A stretch of DNA of 56,821 nt, taken from Actinomycetes bacterium. Its GTDB lineage: Bacteria; Actinomycetota; UBA4738. Below the pieces are notes generated by a model, which saw only the letters and a list, made by a program, of their open reading frames with translations, had not been told where the DNA came from and made no database searches. The translations under genes and the position numbers were made by a program. Positions 37,493 through 46,274 of this stretch are shown piece after piece (position 1 is the stretch's first letter; every line of letters begins with the position of its first letter). The stretch spans positions 1-56,821 of the forward strand of contig JAJYHN010000203.1 of the NCBI GenBank assembly GCA_021784765.1. The letters are read 5' to 3'.

Positions 37493-38012
37493 ATGAACGA
37501 GAAGCGGGTGCTCGTCGCGTACGCGTCCAAGGGCGGCTCGACCACCGGGATCGCCGAGGCGATCGGGGAGGAGCTGCGGGGCATGGGCCTTCAGGCCGAT
37601 GTCCGGGGCCGTGACTGAGGTTCGCGACGTCCAGCCCTACGGCGCGGTCGTCCTTGGGAGCGCCGTGTACATGTTTCGCTGGCGGCCAGAGGCGGTCCGG
37701 TTTGGCAAGCGTCACGCGGGGGAGCTTCGGGGACGGCCGGTGTGGCTCTTCAGCAGCGGGCCGCTCGATCGGTCGGCTGAGGACAAGGACATCCCTGCCG
37801 TCAAGGGCGCGGCGAGACTGGCAGCGCGCATCGGGTCCCGGGGGCACGTGACGTTCGGCGGCCGCCTGGCGGAGGACGCCGAAGGGTTCTTCGCCCAGAA
37901 GATGGTTCGCGGCGGAAAGGTCGAGGTGGGGGACTTCCGGAACTTCGACCAGATTCGCGCGTGGGCGCACGGCGTGGGGACGGAGATCCTGAGGGCCGCG
38001 AGCGCAGCCTGA
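37493..38012 (+). pseudogene. Flavodoxin-domain protein interrupted by a +1 frameshift (G4 run at 37605-37608)
   Basis: ATG at 37493 (SD GAGGAGGGGGA) gives MNEKRVLVAYASKGGSTTGIAEAIGEELRGMGLQADVR, then TGA at 37616. The frame beginning at 37599 continues AVTEVRDVQPYGAVVLGSAVYMFRW...PVWLFSSGPL. Confidence 0.7.
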
Positions 38013-38078
38013 GCGACCGTTCTCCTCGGGTCCGGCCCTCTCGGCCGTTTGGCCGGGGAGACATGGTTGCGAAGACAC

Positions 38079-38630
38079 TCAGCGAGCGCCGGGTCGCGGG
38101 GCCGCGCCGAGGATCGCGTCGCGTACGGCCCCGGCGGCCTCGCGGACGTGGACGAAGTCGGCCTCCGGCTCGGGCTTCTCGTACCACGTCCCCGGACCCC
38201 AGAGCAGGCCGAAGCGCAGCACGATCGCCTCGAGCCCCGACTCGCGCGCCAGCCGCTCCATCTCGGCGACCGCGGCCGCGCCGCCCCGCGGCACCTCGAA
38301 GGAGATGCTCTCGACGACGACCCTCCGCGCGCCGGCGGCGACCGCCGCGCGGAGGAGGTTCCGCGTTCCCTCACGGCGGATCCGGTTGTTCGCCTGGAAG
38401 TCGCGGTTCGCCAGGTCGGTGAGCAGGTGGACGACGACCTCCGGCCGTGCCGCGCCGACGACCTCGAAGAGCCGCTCGCGGTCGTAGACGTCGACCACCG
38501 CCGGCTCCGCGCCGAGCCCCCGCACGACCTCCGGGCGCGAGCGCGTCATCCCGACGACCTGGTGACCCGCGAGCAATGGCAGCAGCTGCCGCCCGATCGC
38601 GCCGCTCGCCCCTGCCACGAAGATGCGCAT
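38079..38630 (-). CDS. Short NAD(P)-binding SDR/epimerase-family protein
   Basis: MRIFVAGASGAIGRQLL Rossmann motif. 183 aa from the ATG at 38630. Confidence 0.7.
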   Translation of the reverse strand: MRIFVAGASGAIGRQLLPLLAGHQVVGMTRSRPEVVRGLGAEPAVVDVYDRERLFEVVGAARPEVVVHLLTDLANRDFQANNRIRREGTRNLLRAAVAAGARRVVVESISFEVPRGGAAAVAEMERLARESGLEAIVLRFGLLWGPGTWYEKPEPEADFVHVREAAGAVRDAILGAAPRPGAR

Positions 38631-38751
38631 GCGCGGGAGGATACGCGCGCGGCGGGCGGGATCCACCGACGTCGTGGATGTAGGCCTCCTCCGGCCTCGA
38701 GGGCGACATGACCCCGACCAGGAACCTCGAACCTCGACCTCGTGCCCGCCT

Positions 38752-39490
38752 TCAGGCTCCGCTGACATCACCTCCGAGGAGCCGTGCGCGCACGGCAGCG
38801 AGGTCATCGTCGCCGAGGCCGCCCGAGCGGAGGTAGTCCTCGACGTCGAGCGACCCCAGGATGTCCAAGAGGAGCGCGCGAGCAGAGGTGTTCTTGCGCT
38901 TCAGGGCCTCCTCGATGGCGGGACGCTGATCCTCCCATCCGCGCGCGGCCCAGAACGGAGGCAGGCGGGCATTGCTCAGCTCGTAGTCGAGGACGATGTC
39001 CTCTGGCATGACCCCGACGAGCGCCAGCAGCAAGAGGCTGATGAGCCCGGTGCGGTCGCGCCCGCCGCCGCAGTGGAAGAGGACCCCGCCCCGCTCGGCA
39101 CGGGCGATGGCGGCCACGGCGGCGACACACCGCCCGGGCTTGCGGTCGAGGAACGGCCGGTAGTAGAGGGGGGTGCCGTCGAGCTCGTTGCTCCAGCAGT
39201 GCTCCCAGAACGTCGTGTCGTCGAGATCGTCCAGCGGCACGTGCAGGGTCCTGAGGCCGGCTGGCTCGACGGCGGAGCCGCGTTCCGCGTCGTTGCGCAG
39301 GTCGACGATCGTGCGGATCCCGTATGTGTGGAGCGCTCCAGCCCGCCGCGGTCAGGCGATCGAGCTCGTCCGCCCGCACGATCGCGCCCCAGCGCGTCGT
39401 GCGACCGTCGGTCGTGCGGAGGCCGCCGAGGTCGCGAGCGTTGAAGCAGCCGTCCCATTCGAGGTGACGAGGCGGGACAGTCCAGGCCAT
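38752..39490 (-). pseudogene. Protein-tyrosine phosphatase (Y_phosphatase3-like) split by a frameshift near 39331-39340
   Basis: N-terminal frame reads MAWTVPPRHLEWDGCFNARDLGG...LTAAGWSA. A shifted frame continues LHTYGIRTIVDLRND...LHVPLDD... and carries the active site HCGGGRDRTG. Confidence 0.7.
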
Positions 39491-39646
39491 CGGTCAGCAC
39501 CATACGGCCGTGTGGACGAGCTCGTCGCCGACAGGGGTTCGGGCGTACGGGTCGAAGAGCTTGCTCAGCGCTGCGTGGCACACGACGCCCCTGTAGGGGA
39601 TCGTGACGATCCCGGGGAGCCGGAACGTTTCGAAGGTGGTCGAGCC

Positions 39647-42007
39647 TCAGCGAACCAGCCACGGGGTGATCGCCGTCCAGGTGCGCCCGCCGTCGCGGGT
39701 CTCGAACAGCGGAGGCGCCGTCGGGCCCGTGGCGTCGGTCCCCCGCTCCCAGGCGAAGCCCACGGTGGGGGTGACGAAGTCGAGGGCCCCGAACTGCTCC
39801 AGCCTGGACAGATCCGGGAGATTCGTGCGAACGCGCCGCCAGGTCGCGCCGCCGTCGCTCGTTTCGAGCAGGCCCCCGAGACCGTGGGGGGTCGCCCGTC
39901 CGAGCAGGAACCCGTGCTCGGCGTCCGGGAAGCTCACGTCCAGCGCCGTCGGCGAGGATGGCGCGACCTGTGAGGCCGGGAGCCCGGAGACCCTCCAGGT
40001 GCCGCCGGCATTGCGGGTGGCGAGCAGCGCCCAGTTTGGGGAGCCGGAGAGCAGGAGGATCTGCGCATCTCCGAGGCTCGCGACCGGCCACACGCCGCAG
40101 CCCTGCCCGCAGGAGGAGGCCGGAAGGGGCAGGGTGGCGGCCGACGAGGTCCAATGCAGCCCGGCGTCGTGGGTGGCGAACAGGTAGGGACCCCCGCCGT
40201 TGCAGTGGCCGGTCACCCAGCCGGTCGACGCGGTCGCGAACGACATCCCCGTCTTGTCGCACCCCAGGGGAAGTCCCCCGCTACCCCCGCCGGGTCTGCC
40301 GAGCGGCGGGGTGTGCGCGACGGGGGACCAGCGACGGCCGCCGTCGCTGGTCCGAAACACCGCGACCGCGTCCGACCCCATCGCCGCGCCGAGGTCGGCG
40401 AGCAGCCAGCCGTGCGAGGCATCGACGAAGGCCAGGTCGGTGGCCTGCCCGAGGGACCGGAACGGGCGCGAGGCGACCCAGGAGCCCCCGCCGTCGGCGG
40501 TCGAGAAGACCGTGGTCGCGGGCGGCCTCCCGGCATCGCTGCGCGTGACCGCGAGCCAGGCGTGGTCGGAGTCGAGCGCGAACAGCACGGCCCCGGCGTT
40601 CTGGGAGGCGAGCAGGGGACCGGCCGCGGGGGGCGTGAGAACCCTCCAGGTCCGGCCGCCGTCGGTCGTGCGAACGGGCTCGAGAGAGACCGGCGTGCTC
40701 GCGCCGGGATTCCCGCTCCACGCAAGGGCCCACCCGACGTCCGGGGTGACCATCCGCGTCGAGGAGAGCCAGACGGGCCCGATCGCGCCGGCCGGCGCCG
40801 GGCGGGGAGACGGAGCGGGGCACCCGCTCCCGGGGCAGGCGGGCACCGCGATCCGCGTCAGTGTCCGGGCGCCCGGGCTCGTCGCCCAGATCGCCCCGCC
40901 CCCGTAGGCGATCGAGAAGGTGCCGGGTCGGGCGGGCAGGGCCGCGATCACGCGACCCGTCGCCGGGTCGAGACGCAGGATCCGGCGGCCCGCGAGCGCC
41001 CACAGGCTGCCGCCACCGAACGCCAGGTCCTGCACCCTGGCGCCCACGGGCAGGATCGCCCGGACGCCCCCCGAGGAGGCGTCCACCCAAAGGATGCTGT
41101 TCCCCTCGCCGACCCAGACCGAGCCCGCGGCCGCCAGGATCCGGACGGAGCTGACCTCTCTCGGCGCCGCGACAGCCTGAAAGGCTCCGGTGTCGACCGA
41201 GATCCGCAGGAGCAGCGTCTTGGCGGCAGGCGCAGGCCCACCCGCCCGGACCACGACCCACACGGTGCCCGAGGTTTCCCCGAGCAGGCTCGTCGTGGTG
41301 ACCTCCCCGAGCGCCACGTCACCCACCACCCGAGCGCTTCGCGCGTCCAGGCGGGCCAGGGCGGGCCGGGTCCTGGAGACCGCGGTCGTCCACACCCCCG
41401 CCGGCCCGGCCGTCACGGCATCGCAGCAGGGGCGTGCCACGGTCAGGGAGGCAGCGACCCCGTTCGACCGAGGGTCGATGCGCTGGATCAGCTCGCGGGA
41501 GCCGGTCAGCGGGCGGACCACCCACACGCCGCCTGCGCCGACCGATGGCGGGAGCATCGCGACGTCGCTGGTGAGGGAGCCCGGGTCCGCCGGAAGCGGC
41601 GGGAGCGGCTCGCCTCTGATCGCGGCCAGGATGCGACCGGTCGCGAGGTCCACGCGCTCGAGCGTGGCTGCGGAGCCGGTCCGTCCGGAGGAGGTGCCGG
41701 CGGACGGCAGGGGGGTCAGGACCTGCACCCAGGCGCTTCCGTAGCCGGTGGTCACCCCGTAGACGGGGCCGGGCAGATGGATCACCTCGACCGCGGGCGC
41801 CGGCTGGTTCGCCGGCTCTACGCGCGCGTGGAACACCGCCGAGACCCAGGCCATCGCGCCGAGGAACGGCGCGATGGCCAGCACGGCGGCGGCCAGCCGG
41901 CGGTTCCGCCGCCGCCGGCGGACGCGCCGCTCGAGACGTTCCCATCGTTCGGCCGCCGGATGCCACTCGCGGGCGCGTCGCTCGAGCAGGTCGCGCAGCT
42001 CAGCCAT
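39647..42007 (-). CDS. Membrane-anchored protein with two extracytoplasmic beta-propeller-like halves (probable ECF anti-sigma/sensor partner)
   Basis: Short Arg-rich N-terminus and one TMS (LAAAVLAIAPFLGAMAWVSAV). Seven G-x-x-W repeats are followed by seven BNR/Asp-box repeats (e.g. TTDGGRTW, SDGGATW). Start overlaps the sigma gene stop by 8 nt. Confidence 0.75.
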   Translation of the reverse strand: MAELRDLLERRAREWHPAAERWERLERRVRRRRRNRRLAAAVLAIAPFLGAMAWVSAVFHARVEPANQPAPAVEVIHLPGPVYGVTTGYGSAWVQVLTPLPSAGTSSGRTGSAATLERVDLATGRILAAIRGEPLPPLPADPGSLTSDVAMLPPSVGAGGVWVVRPLTGSRELIQRIDPRSNGVAASLTVARPCCDAVTAGPAGVWTTAVSRTRPALARLDARSARVVGDVALGEVTTTSLLGETSGTVWVVVRAGGPAPAAKTLLLRISVDTGAFQAVAAPREVSSVRILAAAGSVWVGEGNSILWVDASSGGVRAILPVGARVQDLAFGGGSLWALAGRRILRLDPATGRVIAALPARPGTFSIAYGGGAIWATSPGARTLTRIAVPACPGSGCPAPSPRPAPAGAIGPVWLSSTRMVTPDVGWALAWSGNPGASTPVSLEPVRTTDGGRTWRVLTPPAAGPLLASQNAGAVLFALDSDHAWLAVTRSDAGRPPATTVFSTADGGGSWVASRPFRSLGQATDLAFVDASHGWLLADLGAAMGSDAVAVFRTSDGGRRWSPVAHTPPLGRPGGGSGGLPLGCDKTGMSFATASTGWVTGHCNGGGPYLFATHDAGLHWTSSAATLPLPASSCGQGCGVWPVASLGDAQILLLSGSPNWALLATRNAGGTWRVSGLPASQVAPSSPTALDVSFPDAEHGFLLGRATPHGLGGLLETSDGGATWRRVRTNLPDLSRLEQFGALDFVTPTVGFAWERGTDATGPTAPPLFETRDGGRTWTAITPWLVR

Positions 42008-42542
42008 CGTCGCCTCCGAACTGGGACCGGAGGCCCGCGCGGGCCCGGGAGATCCGCACCCGGACCGAGACGGGGGCGACCCCGAGGATCCTGCCGGCCT
42101 CCTCGTCGGTCATGCCGAGCCACTCGACCAGCACGAGGGCGGCCCGCTGGCCCGCCGGGAGCGCCCCGAGGGCGCGAGCGATCTGGTCTTTGACCTCGAG
42201 CGTCACCCCGGGATCCTGACCGCCGCCTCCGGGCTCGTCCTCCAGTCGTCGTCGAGCCCAGGCCGCGAGCCGGCGCAGGCGGCTCCGGTGCAGGTTCATC
42301 GCGGTTCGGTACAGGTAGCCGTCGGGGGAGCGCATCGTGCGAACCCGATCCCAGCGCTCGTAGAGTCGAAGGAATGCCTCCTGGGTCAGGTCCTCGGCAT
42401 CGTCGGCGTTGCCGCAGAGCAGGAACATGGCGCGCCCGAGTCGCTCGTACTCGTCCTCGAAGAAGTCGCGAAATTCCGGCGCCCACGCCGCGGCCTCACC
42501 GGTGGATGCTGCGTCCGGACCCAAGGTCATCACGTGCAGCAT
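42000..42542 (-). CDS. ECF-type RNA polymerase sigma factor
   Basis: DAEDLTQEAFLRLYERW (region 2) and LGMTDEEAGRILGVAPVSVRVRISRAR (region 4). Confidence 0.9.
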   Translation of the reverse strand: MLHVMTLGPDAASTGEAAAWAPEFRDFFEDEYERLGRAMFLLCGNADDAEDLTQEAFLRLYERWDRVRTMRSPDGYLYRTAMNLHRSRLRRLAAWARRRLEDEPGGGGQDPGVTLEVKDQIARALGALPAGQRAALVLVEWLGMTDEEAGRILGVAPVSVRVRISRARAGLRSQFGGDDG

Positions 42543-42629
42543 GAACGCTCGTCGGTCTCGTCTGTTTCATCCAGCGGTGGATCGGAGAAGCCGACGGGTC
42601 CCGGCGATCGCCGGAGACGAGGCAGCCGG

Positions 42630-42836
42630 TCAGCCGGGCGTCCGGTGGGCCGGCGAGCGCAGCCCGCGGGCGAGCTGATGGAACCGTCCCACGAGCGATG
42701 GGTTGCCGAGTTCGAAGCCCACCACCTCCCCGTAGCGCTGCCGGCACTCCGGCGACGCGTTCAGCGCGCGGTCCATGGTCCAGCCGGTGGCCGGCAGCGT
42801 GGCCCCGCATCCGGGGCAGACGGACACGTTCGCCAT
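42630..42836 (-). CDS. Small CPGC zinc-ribbon-like hypothetical protein
   Basis: MANVSVCPGCGATLP...SPECRQRYGEV. Lies directly upstream, on the same strand, of the ECF sigma gene. Possibly truncated. Confidence 0.3.
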   Translation of the reverse strand: MANVSVCPGCGATLPATGWTMDRALNASPECRQRYGEVVGFELGNPSLVGRFHQLARGLRSPAHRTPG

Positions 42837-42884
42837 GGAACGACCATCCATTCTTGGACCGGGGCCGCCAGCCGGCCCCAGGGC

Positions 42885-43301
42885 TCATCCGGGCCGGCCC
42901 TCGCGCACGCGGGCCATCTCCGGAGCCCGCGTGTAGTCGGTGAACCCGATCACGTTTCCCCACGGATCGGCGATCTCGACGCAGTCGCCGGTGGGAAGCT
43001 CAGCAGGCGGTCCGAGAGGCTCGATGCCCAGCTCGCGGAGGGCCCCGACGACGGGACCGATGTCGGGGACCTCCAGCCACACCTTCGGCGTCTCCCGAGG
43101 CCCGGCCGAGGCCACCGTCCCCATCTCCCGAACCACGAGCCCGGGCTCTTCCTCGCCGAGACGAAAGCCCAGGATCCCGCGCTGGGCGAAGTCGAACTTG
43201 ACCGGCAGCCCCAGGATCTCGCCGTAGAAGCGCCGAGCCTCCTCCACGTCCCCCACTGCGAGCAGGACGTTGTCGATCCCGAGCACCTCGATCGTGGTCA
43301 T
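42885..43301 (-). CDS. VOC/glyoxalase-family protein
   Basis: IDNVLLAVGDVEEARRFYGEILGL...DPWGNVIGF. ATG at 43301 is preceded by GGAAGGGGGAGGGAGG. Confidence 0.85.
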   Translation of the reverse strand: MTTIEVLGIDNVLLAVGDVEEARRFYGEILGLPVKFDFAQRGILGFRLGEEEPGLVVREMGTVASAGPRETPKVWLEVPDIGPVVGALRELGIEPLGPPAELPTGDCVEIADPWGNVIGFTDYTRAPEMARVREGRPG

Positions 43302-43642
43302 GTGGCCTCCCTCCCCCTTCCGGTTCAGGGATCCGCGACCCAACGGGCGACCTTCGAGTCGCTTCCCGTGACCTCCGGCACCTCGACGATCCGGTCGATG
43401 ACCGCGTCCATCGATGCGAGGCCCTCGCCGTCTCCTCGTCCTGACAAGAGGCTACCGCCCGGCTCCGACAGTCCTTCCTCGAGGGCCCCCCGGTCGAACT
43501 GGCGTGTGCCAGACTCTCGGCGGGTGACCGGTGAGGGGATGGGAGAACCCTCAACTCGGGCCATTGCGCGAGCGATCGTGCGCGGGGCAGACTACGTCCC
43601 CGTGGTTCCCGGTTCTCGGCGGGACGGAGAGGAGGCTGACGG

Positions 43643-44872
43643 ATGAGGTGGCTTCGACTGGCACGGGTCCTCACGGCCGGCACCGCGCTCACGCTCGTGG
43701 TCGGCATCGTCGCGGCTCCGGCCATCGCGACGCCCGCTCGCGCGAGCCGGACCGCGAGCCCTCCCTTCCGCGTGAAGGTGATCGGAACCCTCCCGAACGG
43801 GGGGCCCAAGCTCAGCGCCTCCTCGCCGACGGGGCTTTCGCCGATCGCGGTCCAGTCCGTCTACAACCTGTCGGGGCTCTCGGTGTCCTCGGGCGCCGGC
43901 GCCGGTCAGATCATCGCGATCGTTGACGCCTACCACGACCCGCATGCACTGTCGGACCTCAACACCTTCAACGCCCAGTACGGGTATGCGTCCCTTTCCA
44001 CCTGCACCTCGCTCTCCCAGGCCGGGCCATGCTTCCTGCAGGCCGACCCGCAGGGGACGCCCAAGGTCAACAGCGGGTGGGTCCTGGAGGAGTCGCTCGA
44101 CATCGAGTGGGCCCACGCCGAGGCGCCGGCGGCCAAGATCGTGCTGGTGGAGGCCGCGAGCAGCAGCCTGACGAACCTGTTCAACGCCGTCTCCTACGCG
44201 AACTCCATCGGGGCGACCGAGGTCTCGATGAGCTGGGGCGGCGGGGAGTCCAGCGGCGAGTCGAGCTACGACGCGGTGATGGCCCACGCGGGGACCCTCT
44301 ACACGGCCTCGGCGGGCGACAGCGGCCACGGCGCGGAGTACCCGGCGGCCTCGCCGAACGTGATCGCGGTCGGCGGGACGACGCTGAACGGGTGCAGCGG
44401 GACCTCCTGCGCCGGGTTCACCGGCGAGTCGGCGTGGTCGGGCTCGGGCGGCGGCGCCTCCGCGTACGAGTCGATCCCGGGCTACCAGTCCGGCTACGCC
44501 GGCCCGGTCTTCGGCGCCTCCACGATCTCCGGTCTGACCGGCGGGATGCGCGGCATCCCCGATGTGTCCTTCGAGGCGAACCCGAACACGGGCGTGTCCG
44601 TGTACGACAGCACCCGCTACCAGGGGCAGTCCGGCTGGTTCACGCTCGGTGGCACGAGCGTCGGCGCCCCCAACTGGGCGGGGATCCTCGCGGCAGGCGC
44701 GGCCGCGGGCACCACGGCGCTCCAGGGCGACTCCGCCATCTACGCCGGCGGCTACTCCACCAACCTGCGCGACGTCACCAGCGGGACCAACGGCAGCTGC
44801 GGAACCGACTGCACGGCGGGCACCGGGTACGACCTGGTGACCGGCCTCGGGAGCCCGGTGAACTACCCGTAG
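43643..44872 (+). CDS. Secreted S53 (sedolisin)-family serine peptidase without an obvious pro-domain
   Basis: Signal peptide, then IVDAYH, EESLDIEWAHA, SAGDSG and GGTSVGAP (Ser-Glu-Asp type motifs). Confidence 0.75.
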   Translation: MRWLRLARVLTAGTALTLVVGIVAAPAIATPARASRTASPPFRVKVIGTLPNGGPKLSASSPTGLSPIAVQSVYNLSGLSVSSGAGAGQIIAIVDAYHDPHALSDLNTFNAQYGYASLSTCTSLSQAGPCFLQADPQGTPKVNSGWVLEESLDIEWAHAEAPAAKIVLVEAASSSLTNLFNAVSYANSIGATEVSMSWGGGESSGESSYDAVMAHAGTLYTASAGDSGHGAEYPAASPNVIAVGGTTLNGCSGTSCAGFTGESAWSGSGGGASAYESIPGYQSGYAGPVFGASTISGLTGGMRGIPDVSFEANPNTGVSVYDSTRYQGQSGWFTLGGTSVGAPNWAGILAAGAAAGTTALQGDSAIYAGGYSTNLRDVTSGTNGSCGTDCTAGTGYDLVTGLGSPVNYP

Positions 44873-44899
44873 CGGGGGACGTCACGGACCGTGTGAACC

Positions 44900-44927
44900 G
44901 CGGCCGCGCCCTGGCGGGCGCGGCCGC
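44900..44927 (+). terminator. Perfect 12-bp GC stem (GCGGCCGCGCCC-TGGC-GGGCGCGGCCGC)
   Basis: Lies 28 nt downstream of the peptidase stop. No U-tract. Confidence 0.5.
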
Positions 44928-45011
44928 CGCCTCGGGCAAGCTCGCCGAGAGCCTCTTCCCCGGCCCCGACCTCTTCCCCGGCGTCTCCGACCTCGTCGAG
45001 GAGCGGGCACC

Positions 45012-45734
45012 GTGAGACTGACCGATTTCGAGGCACTCAGCTTCGACTGCTACGGCACCCTCATCGACTGGGAAGCGGGCATCGCTGCGGTTCTCGGACC
45101 GTGGGCTCGCTCCCACGGCCTGACCGTGGACGATGAGACGCTGCTTGCCGCCTACGCCGACCACGAGGCGCGTGAGGAGGCCGACGACCCGCGAGCTCTC
45201 TACCCCGACATCCTGGCCCGCACCATGGTCGCGCTCGGACGGGAGTTCGGCGTCGAGGTCACCCCCGGGGAGGCGCAGCGCCTGGCGACCTCCGTCCCCG
45301 ACTGGCCCGCATTCGCCGACTCTCACGACGCCCTCATCTCGCTCGGCACCCGGTTCGCGCTGATCGTGCTGTCGAACGTCGACCGCGAGTCCTTCGCCGG
45401 AAGCAACCGCCGGCTGGCGGTGACGTTCGATGTCGTCCTCACCGCACAGGACATCGGCTCCTACAAGCCATCGGCGCGCAACTTCGCGGCCCTCCTTCGG
45501 GAGGCGGGCCGCCTCGGCATCGGCGAGGGCAGGCTGCTGCACGTCGCGCAGAGTCTCTTCCACGACCACGTCCCCGCCAAGAACGCCGGGCTGCCGACCG
45601 TCTGGATCAACCGCCGCCACGACCGGCCGGGCTGGGGGGCGACTCCCGCACCGCCCCTCGACGTCAGCCCTGACTGGGAGTTCCCGTCGCTGGCAGCGTT
45701 CGCCGCCGCCGTCGCCGAGGATCTCGATGGTTGA
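45012..45734 (+). CDS. HAD-superfamily hydrolase, haloacid dehalogenase type II-like
   Basis: FDCYGTLIDWE (motif I), VLSNVD and SYKPS motifs. GTG start. Confidence 0.85.
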   Translation: MRLTDFEALSFDCYGTLIDWEAGIAAVLGPWARSHGLTVDDETLLAAYADHEAREEADDPRALYPDILARTMVALGREFGVEVTPGEAQRLATSVPDWPAFADSHDALISLGTRFALIVLSNVDRESFAGSNRRLAVTFDVVLTAQDIGSYKPSARNFAALLREAGRLGIGEGRLLHVAQSLFHDHVPAKNAGLPTVWINRRHDRPGWGATPAPPLDVSPDWEFPSLAAFAAAVAEDLDG

Positions 45735-45776
45735 CGGGCAACGGCGGCCCTGCCGGCCGGCCAACCGGGGGCGCGA

Positions 45777-46139
45777 TCAGCCGGTCCCGGCGGCCTCGAG
45801 GACGGCCGCGACCACGCGAGCCGGATCGGCCATCGGGTTCGCGCTCACCGAGCGCAGCCAGGCCGATCCGCCGTGGTGGGCGAGCGAGACGAAGGCGCCG
45901 CGAATCCGCGATCGCACCTCGGTCGCGTCCAGCCCGCGGGGGCGCCAGAGGTAGATGCCGGTGCGCGGCGGGGCGTGGCGCTCGAGTCCGGGCTCCGCGC
46001 GGACCAGCCGGTCGAGCTCGACCGCGAGCGCGAGCCCCTGCTCGTCGACGTCGAAGTCGGCATCGGTGGAAGCCTGCGGGGCGTCCCTGCTCGCGAGCGC
46101 CCCGGGCCCGTCCGAGCGATCCACGGCCATGCCGGCCAT
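45777..46139 (-). CDS. Hypothetical protein divergent from hdrC
   Basis: About 120 aa with protein-like composition (DADFDVDEQGLALAVELDRLV...IYLWRPRGLD...). Start at 46139 or 46130. No family recognised. Confidence 0.4.
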   Translation of the reverse strand: MAGMAVDRSDGPGALASRDAPQASTDADFDVDEQGLALAVELDRLVRAEPGLERHAPPRTGIYLWRPRGLDATEVRSRIRGAFVSLAHHGGSAWLRSVSANPMADPARVVAAVLEAAGTG

Positions 46140-46274
46140 GGTCGCACGCCTCGGCCGCGGCGACGGACCCCCCCGGGGGGCGACTGCCCACAGGGCCCGG
46201 GTCCAACAGGGCCGATGGGCCTTGCGGGCGTCCCCGTCCCCCTGCAGGCTGCAGGAGGGAAGGGGGCAAGCCCC

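Noticed and set aside
42630-42851. Possible fourth frameshift (truncated CPGC zinc-ribbon protein)
   Set aside because: The ORF ends soon after an FHQL motif that I vaguely associate with longer proteins. Neither alternative frame downstream gives a convincing continuation, so a frameshift cannot be supported from the sequence alone.
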